Origin: Acidobacteriaceae bacterium
GTDB lineage: Bacteria > Acidobacteriota > Terriglobia > Terriglobales > Acidobacteriaceae
DNA: 64,000 nucleotides
Direction: 5' to 3'
Assembly: GCA_049513335.1 (NCBI GenBank)
Contig: JBEKWE010000001.1
Coordinates: forward strand, 10,870 to 74,869
In this document: one piece after another, positions 33,000-44,055 of the stretch
Layout: each line of letters opens with the position of its first letter
Numbering within the stretch: position 1 is the stretch's first letter
Notes under the pieces: generated by a model
Told to the model about the DNA's origin: nothing
The model's input: only the letters and a program-made list of their open reading frames with translations
Database searches by the model: none
Program-made: the position numbers and the translations under genes

Positions 33000-33989
33000 G
33001 TGAGACTCAACCCGTTTCTTGAAAAGCAACTCATCGCCGTCATCCAGTGGAACGAGCCCGAGCCGGGCATCCTCGCCTACCGTTTCCCCATGCAGGACAT
33101 GGAGATTGAGAACGGTGGCAGGCTCACCGTGCGCGAATCCGAGATGGCACTCTTCGTCAACGAGGGCAGGATCGCCGACGTCTTTGGCCCCGGCCTCTAC
33201 ACCCTCAACACCGAAAACCTCCCGCTGCTCACCGACCTCATGAACTGGGGCAAGGGATTCGAGTCGCCCTTCAAGTCCGATGTCTACTTCTTCTCCACCC
33301 ACCTCGAGATCGACCAGAAGTGGGGGACCGCCACGCCCATCACCATCCGCGATAGTGAGTTCGGCGCCGTCAGCGTGCGCTCCTATGGCATCTACTCCTA
33401 CCGCATCGTTGACCCGCGCGCCTTCTTCACCCAGATCAGCGGCACGCGTCAGATCTACGGCGTCGCCGACCTCGAAGACCAGCTCCGCAACACCATCATC
33501 GCGCGCATGACCGAGGTCTTCGCCACCAGCGACCTTCCCTTCCTCGATCTCGCCGCCAACGAATCCGCCCTCGCCGCGAAGGTCAGCGAGCAGGTCAAGC
33601 CCGCCTTCGCCGCCATCGGCCTCGATCTCACCCAGTTCGTCGTCGAGAACGTCTCGCTGCCCGACGCGCTGCAGAAGTCCCTCGACCAGCGCATCGGCAT
33701 GAAGATCGTCGGCGACCTCGACCGCTACACCCAGTTCGCCGCCGCGCAGGCCATGACCATCGCCGCCGCCAACCCCAGTGGCGGCGCTGCCATCGGCATG
33801 GGCCTCGGGGCCGGCGCAGCCATCGGGCAGGTGATGGCAGCCTCGCTCAAAACCGCAGCCGCCGCCCCAACCGCCGCACCAGTCGCCGCCCCGGCAGTTT
33901 CCACACAGGACACCAAGTTCTGCATCGCCTGCGGCCACGCCATCCCGCAGCGCGCCAGCTTCTGTCCAGACTGCGGGAAGGCCCAATGA
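33000..33989 (+). CDS. SPFH (YdjI-like) domain protein with C-terminal zinc ribbon
   Basis: LTVRESEMALFVNEG, FGPGLYTL, KWGTATP, C-terminal CIAC...FCPDCG. Confidence 0.88.
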   Translation: MRLNPFLEKQLIAVIQWNEPEPGILAYRFPMQDMEIENGGRLTVRESEMALFVNEGRIADVFGPGLYTLNTENLPLLTDLMNWGKGFESPFKSDVYFFSTHLEIDQKWGTATPITIRDSEFGAVSVRSYGIYSYRIVDPRAFFTQISGTRQIYGVADLEDQLRNTIIARMTEVFATSDLPFLDLAANESALAAKVSEQVKPAFAAIGLDLTQFVVENVSLPDALQKSLDQRIGMKIVGDLDRYTQFAAAQAMTIAAANPSGGAAIGMGLGAGAAIGQVMAASLKTAAAAPTAAPVAAPAVSTQDTKFCIACGHAIPQRASFCPDCGKAQ

Positions 33990-34501
33990 ACTGTCCCTCC
34001 TGCGGCGCCCCCATGCACCCCCACGGCGACACGCTCGTCTGCGACTTCTGCCACAACGTCGTCGTCCCCGACACCAACGATGACGGCGTCAGCGTGCTCG
34101 AGGAGGCCCCCGGCCAGTCCTGCCCCATCTGCATCAACCTTCCGCTCATGCAGGCCACCCTCGCCAAACTCCCTCTTCTCTACTGCACCAAGTGCCGCGG
34201 CATGTTGGTCTCCATGGAGGAGTTTCAGACTCTCATCGACGCGTTGCGCGCCACACAACGTGGCAGCATCATTCAGCCGCCCATGGATCCCGGCGATCTC
34301 AACCGCCGCATCAATTGCCCCAAGTGCCATCGCCCCATGGAGGCCCACTCCTACTGCGGCCCCGGCAACGTCGTCATCGACAGTTGCGAGCCATGCTCGC
34401 TCAACTGGCTCGACCACGGCGAGCTGGCCCGCATCGCCCAGGCCCCCGACGACCGCGGCCCCGACGCCGACTCCGACTTCACATCCGAAGCCGAACGGTA
34501 G
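33986..34501 (+). CDS. multi zinc-ribbon (zf-TFIIB-like) protein
   Basis: Six CxxC motifs, WLDHGEL; ATGA overlap with the SPFH gene. Confidence 0.82.
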   Translation: MNCPSCGAPMHPHGDTLVCDFCHNVVVPDTNDDGVSVLEEAPGQSCPICINLPLMQATLAKLPLLYCTKCRGMLVSMEEFQTLIDALRATQRGSIIQPPMDPGDLNRRINCPKCHRPMEAHSYCGPGNVVIDSCEPCSLNWLDHGELARIAQAPDDRGPDADSDFTSEAER

Positions 34502-34594
34502 AGACACACAATCGCCTCGATCAGTGCCACAGACTCAACCCTGCCCGACATTAGCAATCGTTGGATGTTGCTCTCTTGTAGAATTTGGTGCAAG

Positions 34595-35269
34595 ATGAAC
34601 GTCCAATTTTTCCGATGGTTATTCTTGGCAGTGCTGGCAACCATTATTGTCATTGGAAACCTTGTGTCACCGATAACCCTTGGAGCTTCCGCTGAGTGGT
34701 CCAATGGCACTTACCTATTTGCAGGTGGAACCAACCCGTGGGCAATCGCCCTCGCTGTTGTGGTGATATTTCTTTATCTCCTGCTCATGTACTCGCCACC
34801 GATGCAACAAGCAAGCCCGTTCCCCGGCGTATTTCGCCGATTTGTGGCATTTTGGCTGGATTTTGTCCTCGCGATGATCGCAGTCGGTCCGATTGTGGGC
34901 ATTCTGCCTACTCTCACTGAGTGGAGGCGAACGGGTGTCTTTGAATGGAACTTTGAACGTACGACACACGCTGCTGGAGACGGTTGGCTCATCGCGATTG
35001 TGACTGCGACAAGTTTCGTCGTGCTGATCATTTATTACGCTTTCCCACTTATTCGTCGAAGACCCTCGCCCGGCGCCTGCATCGCTGGCTATCAGATCAT
35101 TGCTGACGACGGCGTAGTTCTTTCGCCTCGAACGGCGGTATTGAGAACACTCTTAGGTTTCCTCGCAACCAGTGCATGGTTTATAGCTCCCTTTATTGCC
35201 CGCGACCGGAAACAAGGAAAGTTCTGGCTTGATAAGGTCTTTGATACTCGGGCCGTAAAAGTGAAGTAA
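34595..35269 (+). CDS. RDD family membrane protein
   Basis: RRFVAFWLD, SPG, LRT, WLDKVFDTRAV; lower GC than flanks. Confidence 0.75.
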   Translation: MNVQFFRWLFLAVLATIIVIGNLVSPITLGASAEWSNGTYLFAGGTNPWAIALAVVVIFLYLLLMYSPPMQQASPFPGVFRRFVAFWLDFVLAMIAVGPIVGILPTLTEWRRTGVFEWNFERTTHAAGDGWLIAIVTATSFVVLIIYYAFPLIRRRPSPGACIAGYQIIADDGVVLSPRTAVLRTLLGFLATSAWFIAPFIARDRKQGKFWLDKVFDTRAVKVK

Positions 35270-35314
35270 TATTGCGTGCCTCATCCACAGCAGCACTATC
35301 GTGATGAGTGGCCC

Positions 35315-36343
35315 TTACCCCTTCACCGACGCAGCCCGCTCCGATCGCCCTGTAATCTCCGCCGCGCGGGCCTCCGCGTAGGCCGCCGCGCCCAGCAGCG
35401 CGCAGCTCTCGTCCAGAATCACCCGCACCGGAATGGATTCCAGCAGCGGCGACAGCCGCCCCTTGTCCAGAAACGCCTGCATGAAGCTGCCGCTGGCCAG
35501 CGTCTTCAGGATCTTCGGCGCAATCCCTCCGCCCAGAACCATGCCGCCCGTCGCCAGCACCTTCAGCGCGATGTTGCCCGTCTCCGCGCCGTACGCCGCC
35601 GCGAAGGTCTGCATCGTCTCGAAGCACAACGCGCTTGACCCGTCCTCTGCGCACCGGCCGATCACCGCGTTCGGGTCCTCGCTGGCCATCCGCTCGCGCA
35701 ACCATGCCGGCTCCTCGATCTTCTCCACATCGCGCAGAAACGCATAGATGTTCTGAATCCCAAGCCCGGAGACGACACGCTCCCAGCTCACGCGCTCGTG
35801 TAATTTGCGACGCAGATATTCCAGCAGTGCAATCTCGCGGTCCGTCCGTGCCGCAAAGTCGCAGTGCCCACCTTCGGACGCAATCGGACGATGCGCCTTG
35901 CCATCCCAGATCAGCAGTGCCTCGCCCAGCCCGGTGCCCGCGGCGATCAGCCCGCGATGTCCAACCGCCGCCGCATCGCCCGCGTGCAACATGAAGACGC
36001 TCTCCGGAGCAAGCTCGGGGATGCCGTAGCCGTTCGCTTCGAGATCGTTGATCAGAAAGACAGTTTCGATCGAGAGCGACTGTGCCAGCTCGCGCGCATC
36101 CAGCGTCCACGGCAGGTTGGTCAGCTTCAGCCGCCCATCACGCACCGGCCCCGGACAGCCAAAGCACGCCGCCGCGATCTCATCTGTATTGCCGTCTGCG
36201 AGAAATGCGTTTACCACCGCGTCCAGCGAGGCAAACTCCTGCGCCGCAAACCTCTGCTCGCGTACCACCTTCAGCCGTCCGCCCTCGAAGCCGTAAAGCG
36301 CAAGATGGACCTTCGTTCCACCAATATCGCCCGCAAGAATCAT
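35315..36343 (-). CDS. glk: glucokinase
   Basis: LAGDIGGTK, LINDLEA, GTGLGE, SEGGHCDF, ERVVSG, GGGIAPK. Confidence 0.95.
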   Translation of the reverse strand: MILAGDIGGTKVHLALYGFEGGRLKVVREQRFAAQEFASLDAVVNAFLADGNTDEIAAACFGCPGPVRDGRLKLTNLPWTLDARELAQSLSIETVFLINDLEANGYGIPELAPESVFMLHAGDAAAVGHRGLIAAGTGLGEALLIWDGKAHRPIASEGGHCDFAARTDREIALLEYLRRKLHERVSWERVVSGLGIQNIYAFLRDVEKIEEPAWLRERMASEDPNAVIGRCAEDGSSALCFETMQTFAAAYGAETGNIALKVLATGGMVLGGGIAPKILKTLASGSFMQAFLDKGRLSPLLESIPVRVILDESCALLGAAAYAEARAAEITGRSERAASVKG

Positions 36344-37162
36344 CTATGAAATCTCCAGCGTCGCGACACACGACGATCCAGCCCCGGCAGCTTCCAAATC
36401 CGCCGATCCCGGCAGCATCGATGCCGCCGCCGCATCCAGCAACAGGTTCAGTCTACCGCTCGCCGGACGGACTAGTTGCGCCGGCTTTGCCTCCGGATCG
36501 TACGCCCCGCAGAAGACATCCTGCACCACCTGCGCCTTTGCCGCGCCCTCGATCAGAAACGCAACCTCGCGTCCCCGATTAATCACCGGCCATGTCAGCG
36601 TGATCCGCCACGTCTCCTTCTGAGGCACTGGATTGGCCACAACGATGCGTACCATCTCGATCAGCGCCTCGGTGTGCGGAAACAGCGACGCCGTATGCCC
36701 GTCCTCGCCCAGCCCCAGCAGTACCAGATCGAAGGCCGGAGTCTGGGCGCCCTCCAGCAGGAACGCTGCACGAATCGCCGCCTCATACCGCGCCGCTGCA
36801 ACCTCGGGATCGAGTTCGCCCACCATCCGATGAATCTGCGCCGCTGGCAGAGGCACATGTTCGAGCAGCGCCTCCTTCGTCATGCGATAGTTCGACTCCG
36901 CGTCCGTCGGCGGCACGCACCGCTCGTCCACCCAAAAAAGTTGCAACCGATCCCACGGCACCTGCGCGAAGTACGGTCTGCTCCGGTCCGCCAGCAGCGC
37001 GAACATTCCCTTCGGAGTACTACCGCCGGAGATCGCCACCCGCGCCACTCCCCGCGCCTTTGCTGTCGCCGACGCCGACGACGCAAATAACTCCGCCGCG
37101 GACGCCGCCAAATCTTCAGCCGTAGGCGAAACTCGATATTGTACTGAAACAGGTCGCGGCAC
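36344..37162 (-). CDS. pgl: 6-phosphogluconolactonase
   Basis: ISGGSTP, WVDERCVP, SNY, GLGEDGHTASLFP, RITLT; GTG start chosen. Confidence 0.93.
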   Translation of the reverse strand: MPRPVSVQYRVSPTAEDLAASAAELFASSASATAKARGVARVAISGGSTPKGMFALLADRSRPYFAQVPWDRLQLFWVDERCVPPTDAESNYRMTKEALLEHVPLPAAQIHRMVGELDPEVAAARYEAAIRAAFLLEGAQTPAFDLVLLGLGEDGHTASLFPHTEALIEMVRIVVANPVPQKETWRITLTWPVINRGREVAFLIEGAAKAQVVQDVFCGAYDPEAKPAQLVRPASGRLNLLLDAAAASMLPGSADLEAAGAGSSCVATLEIS

Positions 37163-37451
37163 TCTCTCGTCCCTCGCCCTTAACCAATAATGGGATTCAT
37201 CGCCAGCATTCGATGGCTGCGATGCGCAAACAAAGTTGCATCGTCCGGCACCGTCATTCGCCCTCAGGAAAATCCGCACCCAGAGTCACGCTCTCCCACG
37301 CTGCAATCTCCTCGCGCCACTGTTCGAGCTTACCGCGAAACCGCTTCAGCGCAATCGCACCCAGAATCAGATGCAGTGGAGGATTCTCCGGCTCAACCAC
37401 CGCCAGCATCGCCTGCACCGCCTTGAGTCGTCGTCCTGCGGACCTCTCCGG

Positions 37452-38321
37452 TTAAGGCATCTGCTTGCGAATCAGCCCTTCCACCCGGCTCCAAACCAAC
37501 GGGTCGTTCTCGATCTCGATGTGGGGCTTCATGAAGGCCCGCGCAAACCACGGGTAGCCGGCGCAGGAGACCGGATGCCCCCGGTAGCTCGACTCATAGT
37601 TGCCCAGGATCGTCGTCTGCTTGGGATCCATCGCCGCGATCGAGCTGCGGCCATGCAGCAACCCCTCGGTCTGGTAGAAGTTCACCGCCTCGCGCACATT
37701 GGGCGGAATGCTACCGTCGTTCTCGTTCAACTTCTCTACGCTGTCGACCTGGATGGTCAGCAGCACCGGAATCCCCAGTTGGTCCAGCCGCCGGGCCAGC
37801 GTCACCGCCTCCGACGCTCCCCAGCTATGACCGTAAATGACAATCCGCGCCGCATTTTTCTCCCCTGCGCTCGGCCGCCCATTGCCCTGTGCGTCGAGTA
37901 GCTGAAGCACACTGCGCAGCGCGTTCTTCCAGTCGCTGTTGGCAAACACCGCGGCGTGTAGGCCTAGCGGATAGAGCTGTTGCAGGTCCCTGGCCACCAA
38001 CGCCTCGCGATGCACCAGATTGCCCGCGCTGATGTTGCCCCCCATGAACCCGATCACAATCAGTTGGCCCGGCAATGCGGGAAGCCTCTGCGCCGTGGCA
38101 CTCCGGCCCGTTTCGGTATCGCCCCCCAGCACCAGGCGGCCCGCCACCGCCACCGCTTCCGGCAGGCCTGCGCGTGCCACCGGCGGCGAGACCGGCGACG
38201 AGGCAAGACCCTCTTGCGGCGCGCCAATCGGCTGCGCGATCACCGGCGAACACAGCCCAAAGGCCAGTAGCAGGGCGGCGCATCCTGTTCTCTTGGCGCG
38301 CAACTCACATCTCATTTGCAT
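37452..38321 (-). CDS. secreted hypothetical protein, alpha/beta-hydrolase-like
   Basis: Signal-like N-terminus, YGHSWG motif; start uncertain. Confidence 0.7.
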   Translation of the reverse strand: MQMRCELRAKRTGCAALLLAFGLCSPVIAQPIGAPQEGLASSPVSPPVARAGLPEAVAVAGRLVLGGDTETGRSATAQRLPALPGQLIVIGFMGGNISAGNLVHREALVARDLQQLYPLGLHAAVFANSDWKNALRSVLQLLDAQGNGRPSAGEKNAARIVIYGHSWGASEAVTLARRLDQLGIPVLLTIQVDSVEKLNENDGSIPPNVREAVNFYQTEGLLHGRSSIAAMDPKQTTILGNYESSYRGHPVSCAGYPWFARAFMKPHIEIENDPLVWSRVEGLIRKQMP

Positions 38322-38645
38322 CGGATTCTCCACGCGGAATCTCAGCAACGCTCGCTGCGATCAGCTCTGCTGCGGGGACACGCGTACCATTCCGTCGCGC
38401 ACCGCGCCGCACATCCCCACCAAAGTAGTCCCGGCAGGCGCGCTAGGCTACCGCTTCGCGCAGGCTGCACTCGTCGCCTTACAGCAGACGTGTGCCACCA
38501 CTTCAAGACTACGCTCAATTGTGCAGGCGGGTTGGGGATGCATTGCTCCGGCGTCGCAGTCCCATGACCCAAAAAACTCACTCCCCCACACGACCGTTGC
38601 GCTTCCCCGTCCCGCCTAGTTGACAAGAACCTTTGGCTGCGAAGC

Positions 38646-39116
38646 CTAGGCCACCATCGCCTCCCGCCGCGGAGATGCCTGGATGGTTCGCACCAGGTCC
38701 GCCACCGTCACCAGCGGCGAGTCGAGCAGGCCCGGTAGATAGCTCCGCCCGGTCTCCGCCAGCAACCCGCGGATCGTCTCCCTCAGGTCCTCGCTGTCCA
38801 GGCCGAGATCGCGATCCAGATCGTCGAGTGGCTCGATCGGAAAGGCCACCTTCTGCTGTTCCTGTAGGTACCGGTAGGTGGCGCGGGCGATCTCAGGATC
38901 AAATCCATATTCGGCCAGGTACTCCGCAAACGTCTCCTCGGTGCGCCCCGAGCGGTCGCGCGCCAGCGAAGAATGACGGCTTTTAGCCGATAAATACAGG
39001 ACTGTAAAGCCAATGAGAATGCCGAGGCCGATCAGTAACAACGGCACGAATTGCTCACCAAGCCACTGCTGTACGGTAAACGGAGTAGGCATCACGAACG
39101 ACCCAGGAACAGACAT
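38646..39116 (-). CDS. membrane-anchored acyl-carrier-protein-like protein
   Basis: N-terminal TM helix; C-terminal DDLDRDLGLDSEDL...TVADLV resembles the ACP motif. Confidence 0.65.
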   Translation of the reverse strand: MSVPGSFVMPTPFTVQQWLGEQFVPLLLIGLGILIGFTVLYLSAKSRHSSLARDRSGRTEETFAEYLAEYGFDPEIARATYRYLQEQQKVAFPIEPLDDLDRDLGLDSEDLRETIRGLLAETGRSYLPGLLDSPLVTVADLVRTIQASPRREAMVA

Positions 39117-39124
39117 TCAGAGAT

Positions 39125-39231
39125 TGCAACTCCACGCATTCATGGTAGATGCACGGGAATTGGAGTAGACATCACGTATAACCTGGGAAAAATCGTTCAG
39201 GGTCTGCAACTCTACGCATTCATGGCCGATG
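39125..39231. repeat. two 27-bp direct repeats with 80-bp period
   Basis: TGCAACTCCACGCATTCATGGTAGATG (39125) and TGCAACTCTACGCATTCATGGCCGATG (39205), 24/27 identical. Confidence 0.8.
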
Positions 39232-39454
39232 GTTGTGCTGAAGACGACTTCGCGCCCGGCAGACAATCCCCGGCCCGACAAACTTACTATGCAGATAAAC
39301 TTACTATACTGAATTCTGCGCGGTTCGCAAGTGGAAAATCGCACAGCGTGCAATCCGGAATTGGATATTCTTCCCCAAAAAGAACATCCAACCGCTCTCG
39401 GAGGAAACCATCGCTTCCCTGTCCCCATCGCCGCTCTACCGAAGCGCCTCCGCG

Positions 39455-40573
<1,119 letters not shown>

Positions 40574-40695
40574 TCTGCTGCGGACCGCAGCGTTCCATCT
40601 TTGTTGTATTGCAGGATTGGTCCCCTCTGTATTCTGCTGATCTGAGGTCTGTGTTGAAGGAGAAACGCCAGTTCGAGGTCATCGAAAGCCGCCAG

Positions 40696-41784
40696 ATGGA
40701 CCATCTGGGCGTCTTCCACGAGGTCGCGCGCGCTCTCACCCAGACCCTCGAACTCGAAGAGATACTGCTCATCATCATGCGCAAGATGGCCCAGTTCTTC
40801 GGCCCCGAGCGCTGGTCCATGCTCATGGTCGACGAGGAGGCCCAGGACCTCTACTACGCCATCGCGGTCGGCGAGGACTCCCAAAGCCTGAAGGGACTGC
40901 GCGTGCCGCGTGGCGAGGGCGTCGCCGGATGGGTCGCCTCCACCGGCAATCCCCTGGTCGTCCCAGACGTCTCCCTCGACACCCGGTGGAACGCCTTCTC
41001 GCGCGCCCATCCCGAGCTCAGAATCCGCTCCATCGCCTGCATCCCCATCCGTTCCGGAGAGAAAACCCTCGGCGTCATCCAGCTCCTCAACACCAAGCTT
41101 GACCTGGAGAGCGAGTACTCCATCTCCTTCCTGCGCATCCTCTGCGACTACGCCGCCATCGCCATCCAGAATGCCCGCTCGGTCAAGCTCATCCACGAGC
41201 TCACCATCACCGACGACTGCACCGGCCTCTTCAACGCCCGCCACCTCTACACCCTGCTGGACGAGCAGATCGAGCTCGCCGCAACCATCCCCGAGACCCG
41301 CTTCAGCCTGCTCTTCGTCGACCTCGACCACTTCAAGCTGGTCAACGACACCCACGGCCACCTCATCGGCAGCCGCCTGTTGGCCGAGGTCGGCGGCCTC
41401 ATGCGCCGCGCCCTAGGCCCCGCCAACTCCTGCTTCCGATACGGCGGCGACGAGTTCGTCGCCCTGCTCCCAGGCCTGGAAAAGCAGGCCGCCATCGACG
41501 CCACCATGAAGCTCTGGGAGCAGCTCCGCAAGGCCCGCTTCCTCACCGGCCAGGGCCTCTTCCTCGCCCTCGCCGGCAGCTTCGGCCTGGCCACCTTCCC
41601 CGAGGACGGAGCCAGCGTTCCCGCCATCATCCGCGCTGCCGACACCATGATGTACGAGGCCAAAACCACCCGCGACAACATCGCCGTCGCCGGCCTCGGC
41701 CTGCTCACCGGTGCCAAGCCGGCCGCACCCTCCGGCAAGACCGCAACCATGGCCGCCGGCGACCTCGAAGCCAAGCGGCGCTAG
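40696..41784 (+). CDS. GAF-GGDEF diguanylate cyclase
   Basis: GEGVAGWVA GAF domain; DLDHFKLVNDTHGH, RYGGDEF; start could be GTG 40651. Confidence 0.92.
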   Translation: MDHLGVFHEVARALTQTLELEEILLIIMRKMAQFFGPERWSMLMVDEEAQDLYYAIAVGEDSQSLKGLRVPRGEGVAGWVASTGNPLVVPDVSLDTRWNAFSRAHPELRIRSIACIPIRSGEKTLGVIQLLNTKLDLESEYSISFLRILCDYAAIAIQNARSVKLIHELTITDDCTGLFNARHLYTLLDEQIELAATIPETRFSLLFVDLDHFKLVNDTHGHLIGSRLLAEVGGLMRRALGPANSCFRYGGDEFVALLPGLEKQAAIDATMKLWEQLRKARFLTGQGLFLALAGSFGLATFPEDGASVPAIIRAADTMMYEAKTTRDNIAVAGLGLLTGAKPAAPSGKTATMAAGDLEAKRR

Positions 41785-41823
41785 TTGAATCTCAACCGGC
41801 AACCTGTAACCTGCAACTGCCAA

Positions 41824-42960
41824 CTACTCCGCCCCCCGCCGCTCCAGCGTCACTGGCCGCTTCGGCTCCGGCTTGATCGCGTCCCGGTTCTCCGGCGCCA
41901 CCGGATGCACCCCGAAGTCCCACACCCCCAGGTTGATCTCGTTCTCCGAGACCACCTCCATCAGCGCGTACTCGCCGAAGTCCAGAGGCCGCTTCGGCGT
42001 CACCTTCATCCAGTGGCCTCCCGGCAGCACATCGCTCACCGTCTCGATCACGTCCTCCTGCTCCTTCACCCCACCGCCCAGCACTCCGATGTTGAAGCTG
42101 GCCAGCACCCGTGCGTCCGTGCGCACATCCGCCCGCACCATCACATACCCGCTCTCCGCCGGGCCGCCGCTGGAGTCCGTCTTCGCGACCGCTCCGGCCC
42201 TGTGCGTGTCCACCGTCAGCGGAGTCCCGCCCCGCATCACCCCCGAGTCGTCGCCCAGCCGCACATAGATCGCCGGCGTGTCCACATGCAGTTGCACCGC
42301 AGACTCCACGCCCTTCAACTGCTCGATCTGGTGCGAGGCCGAGCGCGGATTGATCGCCAGCTTCAATATATTGTGGCTCGTCGTGCGGTTCAGCTCGCCG
42401 TCCGACTGCACCAGCGGCACCAGCTCCGGCGCACCGTGAAAATAGTCCAGCGCCAGCACGCTGTCCTGCTCCGGCAGCCGCAGATCCGGCGCAATCTCCG
42501 GAGTCCACGCCGCGCGGTCCGCCTCCTCCTTCAGCAGTTCCGGATCGATCCCCGGAGCGGGGGCCACTGCCAATCCCTGCCCCGCATCGCTCTCCTTCTC
42601 CGCCGGATGCTGCCTCTCCCACCGGTGCGTCGCGTCCCAGTCCACCAGCTCCGCCGGAATCTCCTCCGTCGCATCGCGTTCCGCGCTGTAGTAACGCACC
42701 ACGTTGCCATTCACCTGGTAGCTCATCACCACCTGATAGCTGCCGTCCTTCAAAATCAGCCGCGTGCGATGCGGCGCAGCCGTCGCAGCCTGCCCCGCAC
42801 CCGCCGTCTGCGAAGACCCTGCCTGCTGCGTGGAGTTGGCCTGTTGCGCATTCGCCTGCCCCGCGCCCGCACCCGCCTGCGGACTCTGTGCATGCCCCAC
42901 CCCCGCCACTCCCACCACTACAACCAGCGCCCAATCCCAGGCTGCGAATCGTCGTATCAT
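41824..42960 (-). CDS. secreted hypothetical protein
   Basis: Signal peptide; RLILKDGSYQ N-terminal domain; strand-consistent codon bias. Confidence 0.75.
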   Translation of the reverse strand: MIRRFAAWDWALVVVVGVAGVGHAQSPQAGAGAGQANAQQANSTQQAGSSQTAGAGQAATAAPHRTRLILKDGSYQVVMSYQVNGNVVRYYSAERDATEEIPAELVDWDATHRWERQHPAEKESDAGQGLAVAPAPGIDPELLKEEADRAAWTPEIAPDLRLPEQDSVLALDYFHGAPELVPLVQSDGELNRTTSHNILKLAINPRSASHQIEQLKGVESAVQLHVDTPAIYVRLGDDSGVMRGGTPLTVDTHRAGAVAKTDSSGGPAESGYVMVRADVRTDARVLASFNIGVLGGGVKEQEDVIETVSDVLPGGHWMKVTPKRPLDFGEYALMEVVSENEINLGVWDFGVHPVAPENRDAIKPEPKRPVTLERRGAE

Positions 42961-43058
42961 CGCCGTCCCACCCCAACTCCAAAGTTTAGACGCATCTCGC
43001 CAGGACCCGCACCTCGAACCTCGTACCTTGTACCTCGAACCTAGTACCTTAAGTACAG

Positions 43059-44015
43059 ATGCCCGTTCCCCTCTCGCAAAAAACCCGCATCGCCATCGCC
43101 TTCGCCTGCGTGTATCTCTGCTGGGGCTCGACCTACGGCGCCATTCTCATCGCCGGCCAGCACCTAGCGCCGCCACTGGTCGGCGCCATCCGCACGCTCT
43201 TTTCATTCGTGCTCATCGGCACCATCTGCCTGGTGCGCGGCGCCAGCCTGCGAGTCCCGCTGCGCACCGCTACGCAGCTTGCCCTGGTCGGCGTTCTCAT
43301 CATGACCGCCAACAACGTCCTGCTCATCTGGGCCGAGACCAGGGTCGCCTCCGGATACGCCTCGCTGGTCGTCGCCACCATCCCCATCTTCATCGCGCTC
43401 TTCGAGACCGTCCTTCCCCACGGCGAGCGGCTCAACCTGCGCGGCTGGCTCGGCACCCTGCTCGGCGCCCTCGGAATGCTGGTCCTGCTCTGGCCCACGC
43501 TGCATCGCTCCAGCAGCGCCAATGCAGGCCAGCGCAGCCTCTTCGGCTTTGTCCTGCTCATCGGCGCCGCGCTCTCCTTCGCCATCGGCTCCATCCTCGC
43601 CCGCCGCTTCCGCTTCCGCGTCGACACCTTCGTCGCCACCGCATGGCAGATCGGCGCCGCCGGAGTCGTCAACCTCATCCTCGCCACCGCCGGAGGCTGC
43701 TTCCACACCGCCGTCTGGACGCGCAACGGACTCCTCGCCATCGCCTTCCTCGCCGTCTTCGGAACGGTGGTCGGCCTCTCCGCCTACACCTACCTTGTGC
43801 AGCACGTCGCCATCACCAAGGTCTCCACCTACGCCTTCGTCAATCCAGTCATCGCCGTACTCATCGGCGCGGCCCTCTTCCACGAGCGCCTCGCACCCGC
43901 CGAACTCGCCGGCACCGTCCTCATCGTCGCCGCCGTCGCCACCGTCATCCTCTCCCGCACCGGGATCGCCTCGCCCCCCTCCGATCCCATGCAGGAACTC
44001 CCCATCGAGGAGTGA
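43059..44015 (+). CDS. EamA/DMT family transporter (YedA-like)
   Basis: YLCWGSTY, about 10 TM helices, STYAFVNPVIAV. Confidence 0.92.
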   Translation: MPVPLSQKTRIAIAFACVYLCWGSTYGAILIAGQHLAPPLVGAIRTLFSFVLIGTICLVRGASLRVPLRTATQLALVGVLIMTANNVLLIWAETRVASGYASLVVATIPIFIALFETVLPHGERLNLRGWLGTLLGALGMLVLLWPTLHRSSSANAGQRSLFGFVLLIGAALSFAIGSILARRFRFRVDTFVATAWQIGAAGVVNLILATAGGCFHTAVWTRNGLLAIAFLAVFGTVVGLSAYTYLVQHVAITKVSTYAFVNPVIAVLIGAALFHERLAPAELAGTVLIVAAVATVILSRTGIASPPSDPMQELPIEE

Positions 44016-44055
44016 CCCGCCTCTAGCCCTCGAACCTCGCACCTCGAACCTCAGC

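Noticed and set aside
39125-39231. CRISPR mini-array
   Set aside because: Only two imperfect repeats with a 53-nt spacer, and no cas genes in the window.
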